From contig JASCQW010000168.1 in NCBI GenBank assembly GCA_030264375.1, positions 12,963,081 through 13,022,994 of the forward strand: a DNA stretch of 59,914 nucleotides. The letters run 5' to 3'. The notes beneath the pieces are model-generated. The model was not told where the DNA came from. It made no database searches and saw only the letters and a list, made by a program, of their open reading frames with translations. The DNA is from Carcharhinus longimanus. Lineage: Eukaryota. This document shows, in pieces, positions 1 through 11,089 of the stretch; position 1 is the first letter of the stretch, and each line of letters opens with the position of its first letter. The position numbers and the translations under genes are program-made.

Positions 1-195
1 AGAACATCTACCTCCTCCATCCTATCAGCCTGTACTACACTTCTTTCCTCAAAACATGGCCCCTCTCCTTAGTGAACACTGAAGAAAAGTATTCATTCAC
101 CTATCTCTTCTGACTCCATGCACAAGTTCCCACTACTATCCCTGACTGGCCCTAACTTCACCCTGGTCATTCTTTTATTTCTCACATAAGAAATA
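1..195 (-). mobile_element. CR1/HER1 LINE ORF2 internal fragment
   Basis: gtgaacactgaagaaaagtattcatt...catgcacaagttcccactactatcc resembles the reverse complement of CR1 ORF2. Confidence 0.6.
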
Positions 196-236
196 AACTT
201 CAACTTAATATCAGAAACACATTACAGAAACATTAG

Positions 237-406
237 TCCAAAGGTGTGCAGATTAGGTTGATTGGCCATGCTAATTTAACCCTACTGTAAGAGGGATTAG
301 CAGAGTTAAAAATGAAGGGTTATGGGCAAAGGGCCTGGGTGGGATTGTAATCTGTATATACTCGAAGGATTGAGTGGTCTCCTTCCATACTGTAGGGATT
401 CTATGA
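237..406 (+). mobile_element. HE1-type V-SINE, 3' half with CR1/HER1-like tail
   Basis: gattggccatgctaa core and ...ctccttccatactgtagggattctatga tail, homologous to other copies in the window. Confidence 0.8.
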
Positions 407-1190
407 AATTAGAATAATCTGGCTGTTATGTATCCTGACAGAAAGTGATAAGCTTTAATATTTTGGCTGTTTATTCATGAAAATATACATTCAACTTTTA
501 TATCCAAGCACAAACAAATTTGCTATGAGAAGTCTATGGTTCAAACTGTATGGTGTCCTCTAACTGAAGAAGCAGGACACACGCAAGGGACCTAAAATAG
601 AACATTGTAAAATGATTAACTCCCTGGAGAGGTGTTCAAAGAGACTGTGCTTCTTTTGAAAATACTTGTACACAATTTGTTTACCCATTTTCCCTATTTT
701 GATATTGCAAAATAAGTAAGACTTACATAAAATAAAAAAAGGGTTGTTATAATTGCTCGCACTGCATCTAGTGACTAAACAATCTCTACTTCCTGCAGGT
801 TAATGGACTGGTTTGTCTATCCTCAGTGAAATACCTTTGCTCCTCTTAATTGTTCATGGACCTCGCAGCAATAGACTGCTTCCAAGGCCAGAGCTACTGT
901 GAACTATCACACCAAGTTGGTCAGATGGTCACAAGGTGCTCCTATCCTCATTAATAACAATCTGGATAAAAACTCAAAGATGGAAAAACTAACAAGTTTA
1001 ACAGTATTTTTGGCTACTTTTGATTTTCTATTGGCATCATAGAAGGTATTAAAATGTTTCTGAACTTCATGAGCGAGGGAGTTCAATTATCATCAGAAAA
1101 GGCCAAGTAACTCATAATTTAACCAAGTAACTCTTTAGTTCTCTCACACCACCGGACCCAGTAACTTCACCAGTGTTGCCACTAGGATTT

Positions 1191-1518
1191 TAGAATAGAA
1201 TTATAGAATCCCTATAGTGCAGAAGGAGGCCATTCGGCCCATCAAGTCTGCACCGACCACATTCCCATCCAGGCCCTATCCCTGTAACCCCACATATTTA
1301 CCTTGCTAATCCTTGACACTAAGGGTCAATTTAGCATGGCCAATCAACCTAACATACACATCTTTTGGACTGTGGGAGGAAACCAGAGCACCCAGGGGAA
1401 ACCCATGCAGACACGGGGAGAACGTGCAAACTCCACACAGTCACCTGAGACTGGAATTGAACCCGAGTCCCTGGTGCTGTGAGGCAGCAGTGCTAACCAT
1501 TGTGCCAGCGTGCCACCC
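1191..1518 (-). mobile_element. HE1-type V-SINE, full length
   Basis: tRNA-like head (reverse complement gggtggcacgctggcacaatggttagcactgctgcctcacagcaccagggac), V core and ggcctccttctgcactatagggattct tail. Confidence 0.92.
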
Positions 1519-2038
1519 ATATTTACTTTATTTTCGGTAAGTACTACATTAGTTGCACACTTTATACATTTCCTGCTGGATATTCATGACAAATATAGAA
1601 TTTTTTCAAACACAGTTCAGATCCACAGTATAAGTTAAGCCTCTTTCTGAAAACATGAAAGTGTTACTTTAAAAGAGAAACCAAGAGAAAAAAATGAAGT
1701 GATTGGCAGAGTGAAAGCTGAAGTATAATGTTCTCCAGGAAGCAAAACTATAAAACCACAGTATTTCAATTCAAATTCAAGTCTTGTCACATCAAGCTAA
1801 TCCAAGACTATGTTAATTTTATGTAAAATAGAAGAAATGAGGGAGGAGGATTCAAGTTTAAGATTTCCTTTGCAAATAAATCTTCACTTCTTTAAAATTC
1901 ACTTTTTGAAATGCAAGTCACTGTTTAGTATAAGTATGCAGATTTCAAGCACATCCTCCTTCGGCGAGGCTCAAGGCAAGCCAGAAGATCCTGCTCCATG
2001 GCATTTAACATAATACATTATAAGGGTCAATGACTTAC

Positions 2039-2068
2039 GGTGATTGAAATTGCTTGTGAAGTGTGAAA
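2039..2068 (-). other. Candidate 30-nt in-frame cassette exon
   Basis: tgcacttctcatag|TTTCACACTTCACAAGCAATTTCAATCACC|gtaagt. Open in phase 2: (D)FTLHKQFQS(P). Confidence 0.3.
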
Positions 2069-2119
2069 CTATGAGAAGTGCATGTTGCCTTCATTTATGT
2101 ATGTACATATAAAACATAC

Positions 2120-2155
2120 TCGAAGAAGCAAAATTCAAATCAGTGCGTACTACAT
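2120..2155 (-). other. Candidate 36-nt stop-containing (poison) cassette exon
   Basis: tgtcccccctttcag|ATGTAGTACGCACTGA...TCTTCGA|gtatgt. In phase 2 it reads (E)CSTH-stop. Confidence 0.3.
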
Positions 2156-3237
2156 CTGAAAGGGGGGACAGTGGGTTTCAGTGGGTTTTGTGATTTTTTT
2201 CCCCCCCCACACTTGTACCATGAAAAAAAGCTTGGCAAATGGAGGTTTACCCTTTGAAACTTAGGAAGTAATTATTCATTTAGCTCGTGATTTAAACTGC
2301 TAGCCAGGGGTGAAGCATTGATAGCCGCAAGTCCGTTACTTGCAATGGTAATGTGCACATCAATTTGAGATACCAGAAATTCAAGAAAGGTCTTTGCAGA
2401 ACTTTTCCAAATAATAACAGCATGCTCCTAAGTAGTTGCCCTTATTGCTCACTGAATTGAATTGAAATAATTCTATTTAATATTGTTGGATCATAATTTT
2501 TGTAATATATTTTTGATCCAATACATTTGTGGTAAGTGCAACAAGTACGCAAGATCTTTAACGTAACAATTGTTCTTTTTGATACAAGTAGCCAACTGCA
2601 AACTAAAATTGTCTGAATCATTTAAGGACTTGCAAATAAATCAATGACTTGGATTCCAGCTGACCGTATATGTTAGGATGCTGGATACTCTGAAGATCAT
2701 TGTAATACCTGGTAGACAAACCTAATGTACAGGATGACAGACTTGATAGTATCCATGTCTGGTGCAGTTTCTAATTGCTCCAAGTCAGCTTGTGAAACTG
2801 AAAAATCACCCTAAAGCAGTAATTTAATTTTGAAAGCACTATTGTCACAATGTATATTATTGATTGTGCAATACCGATATAAATTAAATCCTGGAGTGTA
2901 CAAACATCTAGAAAGATAATGAACATCCTTTGCTGCATATTTATTTGTTTGACATGTGCAAATTAAGTATCTTTGTGCTTTAGCCAAAATTGTCTTAATT
3001 TGCACATCTCTTTTAACGTCGCACCATACATTTTTACTGCTCAGTCTGTCCTAGATTGATAACTTCACTATATGCTTGATTCAGAGTTGGACTGTTGTGA
3101 ACATCTGCAGTAGGGATCACAGCCAAACTGAACACCTAACATGGAGGCTATAGCCCTACACAAGCTAGTGTCATAATGATGTCTCTATGCAGCTTCTTAA
3201 AGCTACATGTCATTGTCTTCATCCAATGTCATATCAA

Positions 3238-5055
3238 CCCCTTTTTTGACAAAAGAAAAACTTTGTGAGAACAGCGAATATCAGGCATAACAAGACTGAG
3301 ACGGTATAGAGTCTTTACATATGAAGGTAATGTTTTAGTGGGTATATGATGCCACTATATCTTGTTCTCATGTCGTTTTCAGGGTAATGTGTGACATTCT
3401 GTGGTTGTACCTTCTCAGCGGGATCATCTTGTCCTAGAATACTGGTACTTGTGCTATTCTCTGTGACTGACCTGTGTCTGTAGTTCAGAACACACGATGC
3501 GAAGATGCAAATATGCTAACGGTTCCTTCTGAAGATCTGTCCGTTTGGCAATCAACTTCATATAACAGTGACTGTGTGCCTTTTTGCAGTACTTATTCTT
3601 GTACCCACGTCTTCATGTGGTGGTCTGGCACGTTTTAACCTTTTATTGGTGTTATCGGTTTTGGGCAGGAGAGTGATACGGACTTGCCTCGCAAACATCA
3701 GCTTGGGAGGTAAGGNNNNNNNNNNNNNNNNNNNNNNNNNNNNNNNNNNNNNNNNNNNNNNNNNNNNNNNNNNNNNNNNNNNNNNNNNNNNNNNNNNNNN
3801 NNNNNNNNNNNNNNNNNNNNNNNNNNNNNNNNNNNNNNNNNNNNNNNNNNNNNNNNNNNNNNNNNNNNNNNNNNNNNNNNNNNNNNNNNNNNNNNNNNNN
3901 NNNNNNNNNNNNNNNNNNNNNNNNNNNNNNNNNNNNNNNNNNNNNNNNNNNNNNNNNNNNNNNNNNNNNNNNNNNCACGGAGTGAATTTTGTACTTTGGG
4001 TATGTCTGGTTTGTTGAGACTGTGGCACGTTTTTGCTTAATGCCATTGGTTGAGCATGGCATGCTCATGTCAAAATGTGCTGGACACTGTCTGATAAGTG
4101 GTTAGGACCACACTGCACGCAGTGTTTGGATGTCTTTGATGTTCTGGTTACCTCGGCAGTGGTAGTTTTGTGACCAGCAACCATTGCCTCAAATTTTCTA
4201 CCTTCATTTAGCAGCACATCTATTGAGTAACTTTTGGCTTTGTATAGTAGTGCCTTTCTAAAAGACTTGATGAATGCTGAAGCAATGACAAGCTCCACTA
4301 GTCTCCCCGCACAGTCATCTGATTGAAGTCACATTCATCGCCTTTGCAATAGCACCACATCATAAACTGAGCAATGCTTTCACTTGGCTATTGCTGGTAC
4401 AACATGAACTCTAGCCTGTGAATTCTAAAGATGACTTAGACTTTTAGTTCATCCTTAATGAGCTTGAAGATTTTATCTGGGTCCTTTTGTTTTTCATCTG
4501 ATAGACCTGAAGAGTTGACATGCCATTGCCAAGAGAAATTAGCTCTCTCGTCCCTTGGTGCTGTACCTGCTCTTCTACAAAGTGTAAGTGCCTCTTTGTC
4601 TAAGAGTTCTGCAAGGAGGTCTCTTCTAAGAGCAAGTCTTCCTTTGGCGCATTCCTACTCAGTGGCCACTGGAGGTCATAGTCAAATCTCTGTTTGCCAT
4701 TGCGACATTCCTGGTTTTTGGCTACACTGGGTGCTGCACAGGTGGAGTTGCCGAGTGCTGCAGCTCTTTGGGTTGAGAATTTGCACTTGCTGCCTGTCTG
4801 CTTTCCCTGTGCTTTTGGAGAATAAATGGAGCAACAAGCATCACTGTTGACTCATAAGAGTGTGCTGCTAAGGGAGAAGAAGCTTGCCTCTCCTGTTTGC
4901 TATATATTTTAAAAACAGCACTTGAGATGTTTGGCCTTTTTTTAAGCATGGTTTGAAATAAGGAAAAATAACTTGAAGTTGCAGAGATGTTGCCATACTG
5001 ATTGTTTCTGCTGCAGTGTTGAAACTTGCTGTTTTATTCCACAGGGTTGCCACCA
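3238..5055 (-). mobile_element. Decayed, internally deleted Gypsy LTR retrotransposon (gag plus integrase C-terminus)
   Basis: Gag-like ELVIAS..FRKALL..LLNEGRKFEA and a CVQCGPNH knuckle (4065-4298). Integrase end PKLMFARQVRITLLP and LPNGQIFRRNR*HI (3510-3715). Purine tract aaaaaagggg at 3247-3238. PBS-like TGGTGGCA at 5055-5048. Confidence 0.75.
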
Positions 5056-6873
5056 CACCTTGACTGTCAGGACAGGAAAGCTTTTTTTTTGCTGAAACTG
5101 AAGAAACAGACTAACCAACAGTCGTGCCGAGCTCCCTCGAGAGCCATTAGGACTTGCCTTTCCTGCGCCCCTTAGCCTGGGATATCATTTTTTTTTAAAA
5201 CAAACAACACTCTAAGCTTCACTGTTTGGATGAGTGGTGTATAAACAGCTGATGTTCAGATAAAGCAAAGCCTTTTATCCAAATCACTGAGCTGGCAGTG
5301 AGGTCTTCAGTCACCTGTGGACTCAGGATGTCTTTGAGAACTAGCCGAGGTGCCAAACTTCGAATTCCAAGTTCTTGTGGTTGAAGGACTGGGATTTTTG
5401 TTCTTTTTNNNNNNNNNNNNNNNNNNNNNNNNNNNNNNNNNNNNNNNNNNNNNNNNNNNNNNNNNNNNNNNNNNNNNNNNNNNNNNNNNNNNNNNNNNNN
5501 NNNNNNNNTTAAACTGTTCTTCCCTGCTTAAATCCCTACTCCAGTCTACCTCACTTTAATGGGAAAAAAAACAAGGATTTGCTGAGCTACAAACTGACCA
5601 TCCACCACATACCAACTCACCCACTCCAAATTACAAAACAAAAGGACACTTTCTCTTTTATCCTTTGTAAATCCTTGCATGTTCTCAGTGATAAACATTT
5701 TCGAACAATACAGATCCACAGTCTGATAATTCAGCCACATTGGCTGCAAAATAACTGATAATCTAGCTATTGCTGACAAACATTGAGTGAGGAATGGAAG
5801 TTTAAGTAATCATAAGGCATTTTGCTTACAGCAGTCTAGAATGCCGGAAAGAAATTACATGGTATGAAACAGAACATTGTTACAGAGAGAATTTTGCAAT
5901 AATTGGACTAGCATTTTCTGGCAACATAAAAGACTATCAACTGTATCAAAGCCTGACAAGCAGAAATGCATCTAGCCTAGTCTCTCTTTAAAAGAGAAGG
6001 ATCAATTGCAAATAAATGGAAGTTTCTTCCTGACACGATCTCAATGCTTCCTGTATCTGAGAAGCTTCATTTTGCTCTATGCAGATAAACCATTTTATTC
6101 ACAAAAATCTCATTTTGGGTTTATTGAAATCCTAGTGATTTGCTGTTATTTCAAGGCCTGGGGCATTATAAAACATAAACAATTTCTCATAATAATTTAG
6201 AATGCAGATAAAGGAAACAAAAAAAATTATCCTAGTTATTAATTGTAATATCAGCCTGGCACCTAGACCTGCAAATCATGTTGACATGATAATACTAACC
6301 CTCAAATTTTCAAATGTCATTAGCATTTCACAATGAATGGTTAATAATAAAATTATTATACTTCCACAATTCATCCTAAGGTCATCAAATAATTAAAGTG
6401 ACTTCAATACTAGGAATGCATTAGCTCTAATTATTATTCTTCTGTCATTCAGTTCCCTTCCTCTGTCAGAAGCTGGTGATGTATATAGCCAAGGCTGGAA
6501 GGCGTGAGATTGCCTGAGGCACTGTGCTGGAAAAAACATCAGCTTGAGGATAAAGGTTATGGAAATCTAAGCTGAAAGAACCAAAAAGGTTTTTGAGGCA
6601 GAGCCCTGGAGCAGCACAAGGTCAGCATGAATTTGTGGCAAGTAACCACATAACCAGGCTATTGCGCCCCACAAAAGCGGCCAAATCGTGGGCCTAATCA
6701 AACGATACAGAACTGAGATTTGGATCCTGAAAGTTGTACTCCCCACCATAAGGCTGCAATAGTGAATAAATCAGACCTGCTGATCCAGAGGCCTGAGCAC
6801 ACCTGCTCTTATCCCAGAGGTCTACAGCCAGAAGCTGTAGAATTATTTACATTTTTCATTCACTTAATTGAGA

Positions 6874-6953
6874 TCATTGAAGGAGAGGGCAACTTAAACT
6901 CTTACAGATAGATTCATTGAAGGAGAGGGCAACTAAAACTCTTACAGATAGAT
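6874..6953. repeat. 40-bp tandem duplication (2 copies, 1 mismatch)
   Basis: tcattgaaggagagggcaact(t/a)aaactcttacagatagat x2. Confidence 0.95.
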
Positions 6954-7469
6954 TTTATGAATCAAAGCCAACATATCCAGTCTGGCACCCAATTACACAA
7001 AGCTTCAGTTTGATTTTGAAGTATTGCCTCTTTTTCTGCCTCCTTCCAAACTATAATCAAAAGCTCTCACTGCCTCTGAAGCCAAAATAAATCTGGACCA
7101 TTAACCTCCCAGAAATTAATTTAGCGCAAAGAAATCAGATTCCTATCTGGGCTATTTACCCTCATGTTGCCGTTGATGACACTCTTCTGACTCTTCCAGA
7201 ATATTCTTACATGACTCAACAAAATACACTGTTCATTTGTTTTCTTCAAATAATTTGCCCATGATTTGTTACTGATTCCAGGAGGTATGTATTACTAACT
7301 TGACATTCCTCTTAACTGGCCCACAACTGTTGATCCTGAGGGCGAGCTTCAGCCTCCCATTTGCATCTTGTGCCAAGTCATAGTCATAATTTTGTAAGTG
7401 TGGCTGGACAACCATGCTCCTGTTGAGTAATGGAGTGGCACACTGATACACTATGAGAGATTTATCTGC

Positions 7470-7900
7470 TCTAAACTCAAGTTAAAAATAGTTGTCACTA
7501 TCCAAAGAAAAGCTATCCAGGTTGAGGGGATGGCCTAAGTGATCGACAAGAGGAATGAAGGAAGGTCGGGCAGTCAGTGATCTCAGAGTAGAGACAAAGC
7601 CAGTTGAGATGGAAGTTGGAATCATTGTGGATGAGAAGTTGCTTAATAGAGAGGCAAAAGGGTTGCACCAAAGTAAGGTAGTCAGAGGGGGAAGTAGTTG
7701 CACAGATCAAGATCATGCCTGTGCAACTTGAATCGAAATGTTAAGGTTTGGAGATGGCTGTGGAAGTTGAGTGAGACCAGTAACTGAGGCACAAAATAAT
7801 CAGCAGGAGCACTGCTAAGGGTAGTTCCATTTAAAACTGAGCCCAGGACATAAGCTGAATTGAGCATGAGCCAGCAGAGGTGAGTGGTGGCCTCAGCTAT
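7470..7900 (-). mobile_element. Old L2-type LINE fragment
   Basis: Purine-rich plus strand typical of antisense L2; endonuclease-region remnants such as LLIHNDSNFHLN. Confidence 0.5.
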
Positions 7901-8034
7901 TAGTGATGCACAGGGTAGATCCAGCAGATCACTGGAAGGATATATGGAGCAACAGGAGGAACACAGCAAAGGTCAGTTGTAACAGTATGTTCAAAGCAAA
8001 CACTGAAAGCTAATGAAAATGAATAAGAGCTACT

Positions 8035-8130
8035 GAATGAGCTGACAAAGGCTCACTGAACTGAAATGTTAACTGTTTCTCTCCATTGATGCCATCAGAG
8101 CTGCTGAGTATTTCCAGCATTTTCTGCTTT
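8035..8130 (+). mobile_element. Penelope-derived short 3' element (decayed hammerhead-like core)
   Basis: ctgacaaaggctcactgaactgaaatgttaactg...gctgctgagtatttccagcattttctgctttt; related copies at 13160, 21760 and 55060. Confidence 0.55.
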
Positions 8131-8699
8131 TAACAAAATCCAAATGCTTCCATGGCAATCAAGTCATCAGCGCATGCAATATTAAGAGAAGCAGTCTGCA
8201 TCCTGTGACAAAATAGCAAGGGTGGGGAGTTGGTGGGTGGAATTCTTACTTGCCGAGATGCAGGCAGCAGTGGGAGTGGGAGGGTCATCCAGTAGTGTAC
8301 AGAAAACCCAGGTGGTCTGGGATTCACCATGTGCTGTGGAGTTTCAACTCTATGCATGACCTTTGAGCTTAACAGCCCTAAATATCAGCCTGATAGATTG
8401 CCTTGACTTTCACTCAGGAAGAGACTCAAGGAGACTGCAAGGCCTAATCCTGATCTTGGGCTTCCTGAGAGCCCTGGGAACCAACGTAAAACATGCAGAG
8501 CAAGTTAAATCTGAGGCTCTTAGCCATAATATCATATTTAAACTGTCAATCCAATCCCAAGAGTGAACTGGCTGCACCCATCTGCTCTCCTGTAAACTCA
8601 GTAAAACCTAGAAGTCGGGGTCAGGAGGTTTAGAGTCAACTTTTCCTCTCTGTTAGAATTTTTGCCCATTTAACCCTCCAGTCACACCCAAGTCCAAAG

Positions 8700-9805
8700 A
8701 ACCACAGCAAAATTACAGCAGGGAAGGAGGCCAATCTTGTCCATACCAGCCCGGTGACACCCAGGTGCCCTTTCTAATCCTATCATCCTTAACCCAGCCC
8801 ATAGCCCTGTGCCTTACAGCAAATGAAGGTGCAAATCAAGGTATTTTTTCCAAAAGAGGTCTCTACCTCCACCACCAACTTGGGCAGTGAATTCCAGACA
8901 CCCACCATCCTTTGCATAAAAATACTCTTCCTCATTACCCTCTACACCTACTGTAACTTATATTGAATCTACGTCCCCTGGTTCTCCAGAATATCTACTA
9001 CTGGACACAATTTTATCCCGTCCACTATCTCTTCCCCTGATAATTTTGTACATCTCTATCAAGTCACTCCTCAATCTTCTTTGTTCCAAGGAAAATAACC
9101 CCAACCTGTCCAATCTCTCCTCATAGCTACACTTTTCTAGCCCTGGCAACGTTCATGTAAATCTCCTCTGTACTCTCACCACAGCAATTATGTTCTTTCT
9201 GTAATACGGCAACCAGAACTGTACACAATACTCCACTTGTGGTCACACCAGCATTTTATACAATTCCAACATTATGGGCAGAAGTTTCCCATCGCATCTG
9301 ACGTGGGATTCGTACTGGGCAGTACACAGACCATGCAAAGTTCTATTGACCTCAGGCGGGATTTTCCAGACTTGGGTTGAGCGCAGCCGGAAAATCCCAT
9401 CCTAAATCCATACTTTTATATTCTATACCTCTGCCAATGAAGGAAAGCATTCCATATGCCTACATTACAAACTTGTCTACTTGAACTGCTGCCTTTAGGG
9501 ACATGTGTACTTGTACGCCAAGATCTCTCACTTCATCTACCCTTCTTAATTTATTCCCATTTATTGTGTATTCTCTACAACTACTTGACCGCTCTAAATG
9601 TATTATTTCACACTTCCCTATGTTAAAATCCATTTGCCATTTTATTACTCACTCCACGAACCCATCAATATAGTTTTGTAGATTATAGCTTTCCTCTACA
9701 CTATCCACCACTTGGCCAATCTTTGTGTCGCCTGCAAATATTCCAATTGTGTCCCCCACATTTGCTTCCAAATCGTAAATATATGACGCAAACACCAAGG
9801 GTCCC
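8700..9805 (-). mobile_element. CR1/HER1 LINE 3' end (RT C-terminus plus 3' UTR)
   Basis: ORF 8958-9149, [37 protein letters not shown], is the canonical CR1 ORF2 C-terminus. Confidence 0.92.
9276..9402. mobile_element. PIF/Harbinger-like MITE nested in the CR1
   Basis: Imperfect terminal inverted repeats gggcagaagtttcc / ggaaaatcccatcc and 3-bp flanks tat/taa; it interrupts otherwise continuous CR1 sequence. Confidence 0.65.
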
Positions 9806-11089
9806 TCCCCTCAATAATGTTACAATTCTCCCAGTGAATCAGCAACTCTACAGCCCTTCTACTTGAAATGGCTCTGAAATCACAGTTTAAGAACTCGTTG
9901 ACTAAATTGAAGCCACGAAATAAAAACTAAGTTACAGGAACGAAAAGGTGTAGCCATGATAGTTTTACAAATGGTCCCAAGTGTGACAAGTTGTAAAGGA
10001 GAACAATTGTTCAAGGCTTTCATTCCATTCCACAGTGGGTATCAAGCAACAGCATGATCGTGGTCAGATTCACACACAAACATGCATTCTGACATTTTGA
10101 CTACAATGGAATAGTTTGTCCAAATTCTGAATTTAGGCTCCAATATATAGAAAAAGAACCTGCAGAATAGGCAAAGCCACCACCTTCAAGGCAGGAAAGG
10201 TGAGATAACATTTGTGCTACCGTTCTAAAGTGAAATTCCACCCACTCTCCCCTTGCAATAACTGAACAGTAAAAAGTTCCCAGGTAGGAAATCCGTGCTC
10301 CCCGACCCTGGGATCCAAGATCATATTTCCACACAACTAAATTCCCTGTGCCTCAAAATTGCTATTCAATAAAATTGTTATGAAATGATGTGTCACAAGA
10401 TGTTGAATATGGCGGGTGTAAGAAATNNNNNNNNNNNNNNNNNNNNNNNNNNNNNNNNNNNNNNNNNNNNNNNNNNNNNNNNNNNNNNNNNNNNNNNNNN
10501 NNNNNNNNNNNNNNNNNNNNNNNNNNATATTTTTTGTTAAAATGGTTTAGTCTTCTACTTCAGTTGCAGAATATTCTAGCTATTTATATTCCAGGCTTTA
10601 TTCAATGTGACCTGCTAAATGACTCATACACATAATTGGTTATGTGATAGAACATCCTTCCCCACCCCCCACAACACTTAAATGACTCACAAAATTAATT
10701 GTTTGTAGGATGGAACGAATTTTCCCTTGTGAATTGTAAAGTAACCCTTGTCGGTGTGATTATTTATGACTGCAAGTGATACTCAGTTGATTGCAGTTGT
10801 GACTAAATGCTGGAAGGTTTCTTCTGTAGATTACATACAACCTGCTGTAATCAGCCCAGTATCCGCATCCCAGGAGGGAAATAGAGGAGCTGACAGTCGC
10901 ATTGAGGCTGTAATTAACGTCACTGAACCATTGAAAACTCCACCTCTAAGGCAGACAGTTGGCAAAGCCCTAAAGTTCCAGAGTAGATTTAGGTATTTTT
11001 TTGTTTATCCCCTAAATTAACCCCGCAATGGTACAATATAAATATCTTAAATGTTTAATAGTTAGTTGTTTGGTAATACAGCACTGGAG

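Noticed and set aside
770-850. Plus-strand branch point and acceptor (actaaac...ttcctgcag|G)
   Set aside because: Antisense to KCNMA1, no convincing exon or partner exons, and frames close quickly.
2120-2155. Phase-1 reading DVVRTDLNFASS resembling the TBC/RabGAP DVVRTDR motif
   Set aside because: Catalytic Arg absent, no other TBC exons, and the host intron is phase 2.
4458-4850. 130-aa plus-strand ORF
   Set aside because: Antisense shadow of the decayed Gypsy gag.
5830-5835. Possible 6-nt microexon (ttctag|ACTGCT|gtaagc, minus strand)
   Set aside because: Short pyrimidine tract, weak exonic donor positions and no supporting regulatory motifs; compatible with chance.
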